Assembly (NCBI GenBank): GCA_934434925.1
Contig: CAKSAC010000001.1
Span: forward strand, 20,029 to 84,028
DNA from: an uncultured Eubacteriales bacterium
GTDB lineage: Bacteria > Bacillota > Clostridia > Oscillospirales > CAG-272
DNA: 64,000 nt
Reading direction: 5' to 3'
Under the pieces are notes generated by a model. That model was not told the origin of the DNA, made no database searches, and was given only the letters and a program-made list of their open reading frames with translations. The position numbers were made by a program, and so were the translations under genes. Position 1 is the first letter of the stretch. Each line of letters opens with the position of its first letter. Below, piece by piece: positions 44,977 through 54,233 of this stretch.

Positions 44977-47049
44977 ATGCAAACCTATCCCACCAAAATG
45001 TTACGCAATGTATGCCTGCTCGGCCATAGCGGAGCCGGGAAAACTTCGCTGGCGGAAGCAATGCTGTTTTTAGGCGGAACGACCGACCGCCTCGGAAAGA
45101 TTCCTGATGGGAATACAGTTTGTGATTTTGATTCCGAAGAGATCCGGCGCGGATTTTCGCTTTCCGCTTCCGTAGCCACGGTCGAATACCGTGATGTAAA
45201 GATCAATATTCTGGACGCACCCGGCTATTTTGATTTTGAGGGTGAGATGCGCCAGGTCGTTCGTGTTTCTGACAGCGCCATCATCGTGGTTGACGGAAAG
45301 AACGGGCCGGAAGTCGGCACGGATATTGCATGGGAATATGCCACCGCCGCCGGAATTCCGCGCACCTTCTTCATCAACCGTTTTGACGACGGGGAAGCGC
45401 GTTTCAAAAAAGCCTATGATAAGCTGACAGAGCGTTACGGCAAAAAACTCTGCCCGTTGCTGATTCCCTGCATTGACGGCGATAAGGTCACGGGATTCCT
45501 CTATCTGGTCGATATGCAGGTATATACGTTTGATTCTCACAGCGGCGAGGTCGTCAGTACGCCGATTCCCGAGCAGTTCATGTCTGTGGCCGGGGAATAT
45601 CGTGAAAAACTGGTCGAAGCCGCCGCCGCCACCAGCGAGACGCTGATGGAAAAGTACTTTGACGGGGAAGAAATCTCCCATGAAGAACTGGTGGAAGCCA
45701 TTCATGAAGGCATTATCCACAATGAAATCATCCCTGTTTTCTGCGGTGCGGCCGCAAAATTATGGGGTATCAAATCGCTTCTCAATACCATCGTGGATTC
45801 CTTTCCGCGCCCGACCGTCCGCGGCGTTGAAAGAATTATCCGCGACGGGGAAGAAGCCACCCTTCCGATCGATCGCGACAGCGCGGAAACATCGATTTTC
45901 GTTTTCAAGACCGTTGCCGACCCGTTCGTCGGGAAAATGTCCTATTTCCGCGTGATGGAAGGCACGCTTTCGCGCGATGCTGCCCTGCGTAATACACAAA
46001 ACGGCGGAACCGAGAAATTCAGCCGGTTGTTTGTTCCGTGCGGGAAAAAACAGAGCGAGGTCGATGCGCTTTCCTGCGGCGACATCGGGGTCATCACCAA
46101 ACTCAACGCCACCGGAACGAACGATACGCTGACCACCCGGCAGGAAAACTTCGCCTATGTACCGACCGAGTATCCGCATGCGTATTACGGCCGTTCCGTC
46201 AGCGCGGCCAAGGGTGAAGAAGACAAACTTTCGTCCGCACTTGCACGTTTTCTCGAAGAAGATTCCACTCTTCGACTTGAAAATAACCCCGAAACCCGTC
46301 AGTTGCTGGTCTTCGGGCTGGGAGACATCCATCTGGACGCGCTGGCCTCCAAGTTGAAATCGCGTTTCAATCTGTCGGTCACGCTCGGAGAACAGCGTAT
46401 CCCCTATCGCGAAACTATCCGAAGCCGTGTGGAAGCAGAAGGAAAACACAAAAAGCAATCGGGCGGGAGCGGCCAATACGGCCATGTCAAAATTACTTTC
46501 TCGCCCGGGGAAGAGGAAGGGCTTACCTTCACCGAGAGCGTTTTCGGCGGCGCGGTTCCGCGCAATTTCTTCCCGGCGGTTGAAAAAGGTATCCAGGAAT
46601 CGATGCAACGCGGCGTTTTGGCAGGCTACCCGATGGTACGGCTGGCGGCGGATCTCTTTGACGGTTCCTACCATCCGGTAGACAGCAACGAAATTTCCTT
46701 CAAACTGGCGGCTGTTCTTGCTTATAAAGACGGTATTCCGCGGGCCAATCCGGTTCTTCTGGAACCGGTCGGAGAATTGCGCGTCAGCATCCCGGATGAA
46801 TACGTCGGGGATGTAATGGGCGATCTTAACAAGCGCAGAGGCCGCGTCATGGGCATCGAGCCGACAGAGGAAAGGCCCGGATATCAGACGGTTCTTGCCG
46901 AGGTGCCGCAGGCGGAAATGACCGATTACGTGATTGCGCTTCGCGCTGCAACGCAGGGGCGCGGCCGTTTTGATTACACCTTTGCCCGGTATGAAGAGGT
47001 TCCGTCCTCGGTAGCGGAGAAGGTCATCAAGGCGGAAAACGCCGGATAA
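44977..47049 (+). CDS. Elongation factor G paralogue (EF-G II-like translational GTPase)
   Basis: 690 aa. G1 motif GHSGAGKTS, G3 motif DAPGYFDF (Tyr where canonical trGTPases have His), G4 motif NRFD. Domains II-V are recognisable. Confidence 0.85.
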   Translation: MQTYPTKMLRNVCLLGHSGAGKTSLAEAMLFLGGTTDRLGKIPDGNTVCDFDSEEIRRGFSLSASVATVEYRDVKINILDAPGYFDFEGEMRQVVRVSDSAIIVVDGKNGPEVGTDIAWEYATAAGIPRTFFINRFDDGEARFKKAYDKLTERYGKKLCPLLIPCIDGDKVTGFLYLVDMQVYTFDSHSGEVVSTPIPEQFMSVAGEYREKLVEAAAATSETLMEKYFDGEEISHEELVEAIHEGIIHNEIIPVFCGAAAKLWGIKSLLNTIVDSFPRPTVRGVERIIRDGEEATLPIDRDSAETSIFVFKTVADPFVGKMSYFRVMEGTLSRDAALRNTQNGGTEKFSRLFVPCGKKQSEVDALSCGDIGVITKLNATGTNDTLTTRQENFAYVPTEYPHAYYGRSVSAAKGEEDKLSSALARFLEEDSTLRLENNPETRQLLVFGLGDIHLDALASKLKSRFNLSVTLGEQRIPYRETIRSRVEAEGKHKKQSGGSGQYGHVKITFSPGEEEGLTFTESVFGGAVPRNFFPAVEKGIQESMQRGVLAGYPMVRLAADLFDGSYHPVDSNEISFKLAAVLAYKDGIPRANPVLLEPVGELRVSIPDEYVGDVMGDLNKRRGRVMGIEPTEERPGYQTVLAEVPQAEMTDYVIALRAATQGRGRFDYTFARYEEVPSSVAEKVIKAENAG

Positions 47050-47057
47050 AATACAAG

Positions 47058-47085
47058 GGCGGGAAAATTTCCCGCCTTTCTTTTT
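47058..47085 (+). terminator. Intrinsic terminator after the EF-G paralogue
   Basis: GGCGGGA-aaatt-TCCCGCC followed by TTTCTTTTT. Confidence 0.8.
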
Positions 47086-47115
47086 GACAACTCTTAACTT
47101 TCTTTTTGTCAACCC

Positions 47116-47144
47116 TTGACAAAATGTGAACTGTTTGTTACAAT
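47116..47144 (+). promoter_or_regulatory. Sigma-A promoter
   Basis: TTGACA (47116-47121), 17-nt spacer, TGT-TACAAT (47139-47144). Confidence 0.65.
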
Positions 47145-47176
47145 ATCTCTGAAAACTTATGAAAGAGGTTATTTTT

Positions 47177-48124
47177 GTGGCAGATATACGAAACGAGACC
47201 GAAGGCATTGTCACCGTGCAGGAGAACGGCGCAGAAGCAGGGAAAGAAACAAAAAAGAAAAAACGTCGCCGCTTCGGAGACCGCCGTGACGGCCGTCGCA
47301 TCCGCACACTGCCGGCGATGACCGCGTTGATTCCGTTTTTGATGAAAGTGCGTTCTGACGCGCAAAATCATTTTGAAGATGAAATTGATATTACCAATAT
47401 TGAAACATACCTTGAAAAGAAACATGAAGAAGGGTATATCAATATGGGGATTCTTCATCTGATCCTGGCAAGTTATGTGCGCGCCGTGGCGCAGCGCCCC
47501 GGGATTAACCGCTTCGTTGCCGGACAACATATCTATTCAAGGCCCGATGTTGTCGGCGTTATGGTCGTCAAGAAGAAAATGTCGCTCGATTCTCCCGACA
47601 CGACCATCAAAGTGAAGTTCGACCAGCGGGATACGGCGGTGCAGGTATACGAGAAGTTTGAGGCCACGGTAAAAGAAGCCTTATCACAGACGACAAACTT
47701 TGATAAAACCGCAGGGATTTTGCGCCGTATTCCCGGTTTACTTCTTCGTTTTACGGTCGGATTTATGCGTTTTTTGGATTATTTTGGCCTTTTACCGAAA
47801 AAATTACTCGACGTCAGCCCATTTCACGGGTCTTTCATCATCACCAGCATGGGCTCGCTCGGGATCAATGCCATCTATCACCATCTGTATGATTTCGGAA
47901 CGCTTCCCGTCTTTCTTTCCTATGGAAAAAAGTATACAAAGGATGTCATTAACGAAGACGGCACCGTGGAACGCCGGCACTTTATTTCTTTCCGCGTAGT
48001 GACGGACGAGCGGATCTGCGACGGATATTATTACGCTTCTGCGTTTAAGATCATCAAGCGACAGCTCCTTCATCCGGAACTTCTGGACGCCGAAATGGAG
48101 ACATATCTGGAGGATATTGACTGA
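47177..48124 (+). CDS. 2-oxoacid dehydrogenase acyltransferase (E2 catalytic domain)-like protein, no lipoyl domain
   Basis: The C-terminal block ISFRVVTDERICDGYYYASAFKIIKRQLLHPELL aligns with the E2/CAT motif ...DHRxxDG...P..LL. GTG at 47177 follows AAAGAGG. The ORF-track ATG at 47159 has no RBS and sits ~14 nt from the -10. Confidence 0.6.
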   Translation: MADIRNETEGIVTVQENGAEAGKETKKKKRRRFGDRRDGRRIRTLPAMTALIPFLMKVRSDAQNHFEDEIDITNIETYLEKKHEEGYINMGILHLILASYVRAVAQRPGINRFVAGQHIYSRPDVVGVMVVKKKMSLDSPDTTIKVKFDQRDTAVQVYEKFEATVKEALSQTTNFDKTAGILRRIPGLLLRFTVGFMRFLDYFGLLPKKLLDVSPFHGSFIITSMGSLGINAIYHHLYDFGTLPVFLSYGKKYTKDVINEDGTVERRHFISFRVVTDERICDGYYYASAFKIIKRQLLHPELLDAEMETYLEDID

Positions 48125-48157
48125 TTGCCCGGTAGTTGCAACGCTTTCACTCTCAAA

Positions 48158-48180
48158 AGCCGCCCGAGGCGGCTTTTTTG
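48158..48180 (+). terminator. Intrinsic terminator
   Basis: AGCCGCC-cga-GGCGGCT followed by TTTTT. Confidence 0.8.
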
Positions 48181-48207
48181 TTTTTTTGTTTATTTTTTCG
48201 CGCGCTC

Positions 48208-48236
48208 TTTACTTTCCGGCCGGAATCTGCTACAAT
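48208..48236 (+). promoter_or_regulatory. Promoter of the AraC-family regulator
   Basis: TTTACT (48208-48213), 17-nt spacer, TACAAT (48231-48236). Confidence 0.5.
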
Positions 48237-48271
48237 ATTATTATGTCGATTACACGGGAAACCGGAGGAGA

Positions 48272-49123
48272 ATGATGGATAAAACCGCCTGCTTTGCCGA
48301 ATTTGTGCGCGGAAAAAGGACGTTGCTTGTGCCGCACGCGCATGAAGACTCTTTGGAGTTTATCGAAGTCTTACGCGGTACCGCGCGGATTCATGCGGGG
48401 CTGGACGAATTTTCCGTCTCCGCCGGAGAAATCCTTCATCTTGTGCCGGGAATCGTGCATTATGCCGAAGCGGAAAACGGGGAATGCTATCTTCGCACCC
48501 TGACTTATCGGCAATCCGCCGTTTTCCTCGCGGGCCGGTTCGAGCGCGAGATTTTTTCTCTCTTTTTGATGCAGACGGAAAACCGGATTCTGCGTTTTTC
48601 CGCGGAGGATCCGCTCCGCGCGCAACTTTCCGCACATATGGAAAATGCCGTTTCGGAATATCTCGGAAAAGAATTGATGTACGGGAGCCTGGTACTGGCA
48701 GAAGTCTGTCACATGGCGGCCTTGCTCCTGCGTTCTTACAGTTACGGTACGGAAGGGGAACTTCCGCTTGACGGGATGATGCGCCTGCGTCCTGCGCTGG
48801 AGTATATTGAAGGGCATTATGCGGAAAAGCTGACGCTTGCCGGGCTTTCTTCGCTCCTTTCTCTGTCACCGGACCGGTTTGGCCGCTTCTTTCGCGAGAC
48901 GGTAGGAGTAACGCCGATCGATTATATCAATACCGTCCGTATCGGCCATGCGATGCAGGAGCTTCTGCGTTCCGACGAACCTGTTTTTGCGGTGGCGCAT
49001 GCATGCGGCTTTCCGGACAGCGGACATTTTCATCGCGTATTCCGTGAGCGTTGCGGAACAACACCGGCATCGTTGCGTTTGCTTCGCCGCCGGATGCGCG
49101 AGGACCGAGGTGAAGAAGAATGA
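48272..49123 (+). CDS. AraC-family transcriptional regulator (cupin + HTH_AraC)
   Basis: ATG at 48272 after GGAGGAG. The C-terminal double HTH (LSPDRFGRFFRETVGVTPIDYINTVRIGHAM...GFPDSGHFHRVFRERCGTTP) is typical of AraC/XylS. Confidence 0.8.
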   Translation: MMDKTACFAEFVRGKRTLLVPHAHEDSLEFIEVLRGTARIHAGLDEFSVSAGEILHLVPGIVHYAEAENGECYLRTLTYRQSAVFLAGRFEREIFSLFLMQTENRILRFSAEDPLRAQLSAHMENAVSEYLGKELMYGSLVLAEVCHMAALLLRSYSYGTEGELPLDGMMRLRPALEYIEGHYAEKLTLAGLSSLLSLSPDRFGRFFRETVGVTPIDYINTVRIGHAMQELLRSDEPVFAVAHACGFPDSGHFHRVFRERCGTTPASLRLLRRRMREDRGEEE

Positions 49124-49836
49124 CCCCTGTTGTATACGATTTGATAAAACTGCTCTGTCTTTTTTTCATCGGGAGCTTTTTCGGCTGGGTGCTTGAGTTG
49201 TTCTATCGGCGCTGTGCGCACAAAAAATGGCAGAATCCCGGATTTTTATTAGGACCGTGTCTCCCGATTTACGGTTTTTCCACAATTTGGCTTTATTTTT
49301 TGTGTTCACGGGATCTTTCGTTTATTTCTTCGCCGTTTTTGCGCGTTTTGTTTCTTCTGTTTCTGATTACGCTTTCCATGACGTTGATTGAATATCTGAC
49401 CGGTTTGTTTTTCACCAAAGTCATGAAGGTGAAATTGTGGGATTATTCCTCCTGCAAGTGGAATATCGGCGGTATTATTACTCCGGTCTTTTCGCTGGCA
49501 TGGGGTGGGATCGGTCTCCTTTATTATTATCTGCTTCATCCGCATATTGAAGCGATTCTTGCATATGTGCTGGCCAGGCCGATTTTTCTCTTCCCCCTGG
49601 GCATATGTTTCGGGATTTTTACGGTTGACGTATTCTTTTCCTTTCAACTGGTGGCCAGGATTCGCGCATGGGCGATCCGCAACAAGATTACGGTGCGGTA
49701 TGGCATGTGGCAGGAAAGCATGGCCAAGCGCGCGCACGGCGTTGGCATTTGGCTGATGTGGCTTATAAGTATCCGGAACCGTATCAGAAGTCATCTTTCG
49801 GAAAAAACAGAAAACAAAAAAGAAAATAACGAATAA
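49120..49836 (+). CDS. Membrane protein, putative ABC-transporter type IV (DUF1113-like) family
   Basis: 238 aa. N-terminal motif FFIGSFFGWVLELFY and multiple TM segments. ATGA overlap with the AraC stop. Family assignment from memory. Confidence 0.55.
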   Translation: MTPVVYDLIKLLCLFFIGSFFGWVLELFYRRCAHKKWQNPGFLLGPCLPIYGFSTIWLYFLCSRDLSFISSPFLRVLFLLFLITLSMTLIEYLTGLFFTKVMKVKLWDYSSCKWNIGGIITPVFSLAWGGIGLLYYYLLHPHIEAILAYVLARPIFLFPLGICFGIFTVDVFFSFQLVARIRAWAIRNKITVRYGMWQESMAKRAHGVGIWLMWLISIRNRIRSHLSEKTENKKENNE

Positions 49837-49843
49837 AAATCCG

Positions 49844-49872
49844 GCGAGGACGATAAAAAGTCCTCGCTTTTT
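49844..49872 (+). terminator. Intrinsic terminator
   Basis: GCGAGGAC-gataaaaa-GTCCTCGC followed by TTTTT. Confidence 0.8.
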
Positions 49873-49979
49873 ATATGATTTGCACAAAAACGTTGCGGAT
49901 TTCATTGTGCAATATGGAAAAACGGTGATACTATTAATTTTTGTAATACAAATATAAAAAATATTCAATCAAAAACCCA

Positions 49980-50008
49980 TTGACAAATGGTTTTTGCTCA
50001 TTTATAAT
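49980..50008 (+). promoter_or_regulatory. Consensus sigma-A promoter of the liv operon
   Basis: TTGACA (49980-49985), 17-nt spacer, TATAAT (50003-50008). Leaves a ~175-nt leader. Confidence 0.7.
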
Positions 50009-50188
50009 ATGTCCATATTTCAATTTTCCGTCCGGTTAGACAGGTTTTTGCCGATAGCGGGCGAGATTTTGAAAGTATGTAAAAAATTCATCCATCCTAT
50101 ATGTATGAAGATTTGTAATACAATGTGCTTTTCGGATTGTGAGCGGTTCGCTTATCAATAAATAAAAATCAAGAAAGAGGTAAAGGAA

Positions 50189-51322
50189 ATGAAACAGTTT
50201 TTCAAGAAGTGCATGTCCGTGTTATTGGCCGGCTCCATGTTGGCTGTAGCGTTGCTCGGCTTTTCGGGTTGCGGGAAAGAAGTCGGCTTTTTCATCGGAG
50301 CGTCCGGACCGCTGACCGGTGACGCTGCTTCGTATGGTATTGCCGTTCAGAGAGGCGCTCAGCTTGCGGTAAAACAATTGAATGAAAAAGGCAACGTAAA
50401 ATTCCGTTTTGAGATCAAAGATGATGCCGCTCTGGCCGGAACTGCCGGAGCCAACTACGATCTGCTGTTCGATGCCGGGATGCAGGCATCTCTTTCCGGA
50501 GTGACCTCCGGTGCGGCAGAGGCTTTCGTGGACAAAGCCGGAAAAGACAAACTTTTCTGCCTGTCTCCTTCCGCTTCGGCCGATCCTGTTATCGAAAAAA
50601 ATGACTATTCTTTCCGCCTTTGCTTCGGGGATCCCGACCAGGGGAAACTGGCGGCGCAGTGGATTAAAGAAAATATGCCTACCGGCAAAATCGGCGCGCT
50701 CTATAACACCAGCGATTCGTATTCTTCCGGTATCTATACCGCTTTCCAGGCAGAAATGGGAACGCTCGGGCTGAGTTATACGGAAAAAACCTTTGACAAC
50801 GAGAACAAGTCCGATTTTTCTTCGCAGGCGGATGCTCTCAAAGATTGTGACGTGATTTTCCTTCCGTTCTATTACACGGAGGCTTCTCTTTTCACAAAGG
50901 CCGCGACGCTGAAGGGATGCCGCGCTACTTACTTCGGTTGCGATGGATTTGACGGGATTTCCGATATGATTTCCGATGTCAAACGGACGAATCGCGTTAT
51001 GTATATCACGCCTTTTGATATTGAATCCCAGGACCCGAACACGAAGGCCTTTGTTGAGGCGTTCCGTGCGGAATACAACGCGGACCCCGACCAGTTCGCA
51101 GCGGACGCTTATGACGCGATGATGGTCATTGCCGACGCAATATCCAAAGCCGGGATCACCGATTACACCGTGAAACCCGATGTCCTCAGCGAAGCGATCA
51201 TCAAAGTAATCACAGCGAACGAATATTCTTACACCGGGCTTACAGGCACGATGAAATGGCAAAAGAACGGCGCTTGCGTCAAAGCTCCGGTCATCAAAGT
51301 GCTTTCCGATCCCGAACGATAA
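50189..51322 (+). CDS. Branched-chain amino acid ABC transporter substrate-binding lipoprotein (LivJ/K-like)
   Basis: Lipobox LLGFSGC. Periplasmic-binding type I fold pattern. First gene of a five-gene liv-type operon. Confidence 0.85.
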   Translation: MKQFFKKCMSVLLAGSMLAVALLGFSGCGKEVGFFIGASGPLTGDAASYGIAVQRGAQLAVKQLNEKGNVKFRFEIKDDAALAGTAGANYDLLFDAGMQASLSGVTSGAAEAFVDKAGKDKLFCLSPSASADPVIEKNDYSFRLCFGDPDQGKLAAQWIKENMPTGKIGALYNTSDSYSSGIYTAFQAEMGTLGLSYTEKTFDNENKSDFSSQADALKDCDVIFLPFYYTEASLFTKAATLKGCRATYFGCDGFDGISDMISDVKRTNRVMYITPFDIESQDPNTKAFVEAFRAEYNADPDQFAADAYDAMMVIADAISKAGITDYTVKPDVLSEAIIKVITANEYSYTGLTGTMKWQKNGACVKAPVIKVLSDPER

Positions 51323-51400
51323 TTTACGGTCTTCGGTTTTAGGCTCGCGCAGGCTTTCCGGGCTTGCGCGGGCTTATGCTGTTATATATGAGGAGAAAAC

Positions 51401-52273
51401 ATGAGTACAATCATTGACGGCCTTAGCCTCGGCAGCATTTACGCGCTGATCGCCCTCGGATATACCATGGTGTACGGTATCGCCAAAATGCTGAATTTTG
51501 CCCACGGAGACATTATTATGGTCGGGGCGTATACAATCTTTTCGGTTTTGATGATGGGGAATTCCACGTTTCTCAAAATTGTTGCCATTCTGCTTTCCGT
51601 GCTGATTTGCACGGTGTTGGGCGTATCGGTAGAACGGATCGCGTATCGCCCGTTGCGCGGAGCGTCACCGCTTGCCGTGCTGATTACGGCTATCGGGGTC
51701 AGTTATTTTCTGCAAAGCCTTGCGCAACTGCTTTTCGGTGCAAAATCCCATACAATCGAAACCCTGATCCCCGGTGCTTTTTTGGTTGGTTCGATCCGCA
51801 TCACTTACTCCACATTGCTGACGCTTCTTGTCGGTGCGGCAGTGATGGCCGGGCTGACTCTCTTTGTGGCCAAAACCAGGATCGGGCGCGCTATGGTTGC
51901 TGTTTCCGAAGACCGCGGCGCGGCCGAACTCATGGGGATCAATGTAAACGCTATCATTGCGCTGACCTTCGCCATCGGTTCGGCGCTGGCGGCGTTGGCC
52001 GGGTTCTTTTATCTTATGCAGATTCCGGCGGCCAATCCCACCCTCGGCTCTATGCCCGGGATTAAGGCTTTCACGGCGGCTGTCATCGGAGGAATCGGGT
52101 CGATTCCCGGCGCGATGATCGGCGGGATTCTTCTCGGCGTTATTGAAAAACTCTGCCTCAGTATCACGCCGCTGGCACCCTATACCACGTCCATCGAATT
52201 CAGCTTGTTGATTCTGATCCTGCTCGTGAAACCGACCGGCTTACTCGGGCGGAAGCGCAGAGAGAAAGTGTGA
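51401..52273 (+). CDS. livH: Branched-chain amino acid ABC transporter permease LivH
   Basis: 290-aa polytopic protein with the typical LivH N-terminus (GLSLGSIYALIALGYTMVYG). Confidence 0.9.
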   Translation: MSTIIDGLSLGSIYALIALGYTMVYGIAKMLNFAHGDIIMVGAYTIFSVLMMGNSTFLKIVAILLSVLICTVLGVSVERIAYRPLRGASPLAVLITAIGVSYFLQSLAQLLFGAKSHTIETLIPGAFLVGSIRITYSTLLTLLVGAAVMAGLTLFVAKTRIGRAMVAVSEDRGAAELMGINVNAIIALTFAIGSALAALAGFFYLMQIPAANPTLGSMPGIKAFTAAVIGGIGSIPGAMIGGILLGVIEKLCLSITPLAPYTTSIEFSLLILILLVKPTGLLGRKRREKV

Positions 52274-52282
52274 GGTGCCGGA

Positions 52283-53455
52283 ATGAAGATAAAAGCATAT
52301 TTTGCGGCAGTAAAAAAGAACTTTAAGCCGAAGCATTATTTCAATTACGCGCTTGTTTCTGCCGTGCTGATTCTTTTCTTCCTGCTGGAGATGAGCGGAT
52401 TGCTCAAACGTTCGCACGCCAACCTGCTCGCGCAGATCGGATTCAGCATCATTTTGGCGGTTTCTTTGAACCTTGTGGTCGGCTTTCTCGGGGAGCTAAG
52501 CCTGGGGCATGCCGGATTCATGTGTATCGGGGCCTATATCGGCACATGGTTCTCGTCGCTCCTTGCGCCGGTTATTTCTTCTTTTGCCATACGCCTCGTG
52601 CTGGCCATGCTTGTCGGCGGGGCTGCTGCCGCGCTTTTCGGTATTCTGGTCGGGATACCGGCGCTTCGGCTGAAAGGCGACTATCTGGCAATCGTAACCC
52701 TGGCTTTCGGAGAAATTGTGCGTAACATTTTCAAAAATCTGCCCTGGTTCGGAAAATCCTTCGGTATGCAGACCGAAACGTACGGAACAAAACTTTTCAT
52801 CATCGCGTTTTTTGCGGTACTGTTTACGCTGATTATCATTCAGAACCTGATGCGTTCCAAACACGGACGTGCCATTACGGCAATCCGTGACAGCGAAATC
52901 GCGGCAAAATCCATGGGAGTTAACGTCACGTTCTACAAGATTCTTGCTTTCTCCGTGGCGGCGTTTTTCGCGGGGATCGCCGGCGTCATATACGGAGCTT
53001 ACACCACGCCGATCCTCTATTCCTTCTTTTCCTTTAACTATTCGATAGAAATCCTCGTCATGGTCGTGCTCGGCGGGATGGGAAGCATTACCGGTTCCAT
53101 TATTTCCGCCGCATTGTTGACCTACATCAACTTTTTGCTGTCTGCAAACCTTTCCGGCGATATGGCGGCATTGAAATATATGATTTATGCGTTGATTCTC
53201 ATCGGAATGGTCATCTACAACAACGCCCCTGCCTTCAAAAAATACCGGGATCGGTTCGGCTTTCCCGTTCTCATGGATCGGATACGCGAACGGTTCGTCC
53301 GTACAACGCCGGCGACGGTTAAGGATGACGCGGCGGCCTGGGATCGCGTTCCCACCAAGATTCTTTCCGATGAAGTGCTGTCCACCGATCTGCAACTGAT
53401 GACATCCGCGCCGGATAAACCCGACAAACCCGGAAAACCGAAAGGAGATGAGTGA
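52283..53455 (+). CDS. livM: Branched-chain amino acid ABC transporter permease LivM
   Basis: 390-aa polytopic protein with a LivM-type core (GELSLGHAGFMCIGAY). Has an unusually long hydrophilic C-terminal tail. Confidence 0.88.
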   Translation: MKIKAYFAAVKKNFKPKHYFNYALVSAVLILFFLLEMSGLLKRSHANLLAQIGFSIILAVSLNLVVGFLGELSLGHAGFMCIGAYIGTWFSSLLAPVISSFAIRLVLAMLVGGAAAALFGILVGIPALRLKGDYLAIVTLAFGEIVRNIFKNLPWFGKSFGMQTETYGTKLFIIAFFAVLFTLIIIQNLMRSKHGRAITAIRDSEIAAKSMGVNVTFYKILAFSVAAFFAGIAGVIYGAYTTPILYSFFSFNYSIEILVMVVLGGMGSITGSIISAALLTYINFLLSANLSGDMAALKYMIYALILIGMVIYNNAPAFKKYRDRFGFPVLMDRIRERFVRTTPATVKDDAAAWDRVPTKILSDEVLSTDLQLMTSAPDKPDKPGKPKGDE

Positions 53456-53456
53456 C

Positions 53457-54230
53457 ATGCAAAGTCCTTATGTGCTGGAAACGCGCGACCTCGGCATTTC
53501 ATTCGGCGGGTTGAAGGCGGTTCAGCATGTCAATCTGAAGGTGGAAAAAAATGAAATTTACGGTCTGATAGGACCGAACGGAGCAGGGAAGACCACGGTC
53601 TTCAATATGTTGACCGGGGTATATCAACCGACATACGGAACCTTTTTTCTGAACGGACAGGAATTGCGCGGATATACACAGGAACAGATCAATCATCGCG
53701 GCATTGCCAGGACTTTTCAGAACATCCGGCTTTTCAACAATATGACGGTCGTCCGGAATGTGATGGTCGGCCTCCAGAACCAACCGGAATTCCGATGCAG
53801 TTTTCTGACCAGCATGTTTCGTCTGCCGCGCCATTTCACGGTAGAGGAAACCATGCGCGCCCGCGCCAAAGAGATTCTGGCTATTTTCGGGTTGGAAGAG
53901 GAACGTAACAGTCTCGCCTGCAATCTTCCCTACGGAAAACAGCGCAAACTTGAGATTGCCCGCGCCTTGGCGACTAACCCCAGCCTGCTGTTGCTGGACG
54001 AACCGGCCGCCGGAATGAATCCGCAGGAGACCGAGGAACTGATGCAAACGATCCGTTTTGTGCGGGATCACTTCGATATGACAATCCTTCTGATTGAACA
54101 TGATATGAAACTCGTTTCCGGTATCTGTGACCGTTCCACCGTTCTGAACTTCGGCACGGTGCTGGCGGAAGGACAGACCGCCGATGTTCTGAATGATCCG
54201 GAAGTAATCAAGGCGTATATAGGAGACTGA
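53457..54230 (+). CDS. livG: Branched-chain amino acid ABC transporter ATP-binding protein LivG
   Basis: Walker A GPNGAGKTT, signature motif, and a LivG-specific C-terminus. The ATG at 53457 has better RBS spacing than 53448. Confidence 0.9.
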   Translation: MQSPYVLETRDLGISFGGLKAVQHVNLKVEKNEIYGLIGPNGAGKTTVFNMLTGVYQPTYGTFFLNGQELRGYTQEQINHRGIARTFQNIRLFNNMTVVRNVMVGLQNQPEFRCSFLTSMFRLPRHFTVEETMRARAKEILAIFGLEEERNSLACNLPYGKQRKLEIARALATNPSLLLLDEPAAGMNPQETEELMQTIRFVRDHFDMTILLIEHDMKLVSGICDRSTVLNFGTVLAEGQTADVLNDPEVIKAYIGD

Positions 54231-54233
54231 AAG

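Noticed and set aside
45760-47307. 515-aa minus-strand ORF antisense to the EF-G paralogue
   Set aside because: It is a shadow ORF with no motifs and no RBS. The same class includes 15960-17036 (anti-ychF), 2811-4142 (anti-mutS2), 4133-5386 (anti-rplA/rplK), 50222-51262 (anti-livJ), 52496-53458, 33786-34778, 35331-36350, 10378-11334 and 7167-8180. In each case the sense strand carries a well-recognised gene.
50009-50188. T-box or other riboswitch in the liv leader
   Set aside because: There is no AGGGTGGNACCGCG-type T-box sequence, no specifier-loop architecture and no terminator hairpin. The leader is AT-rich and poorly structured.
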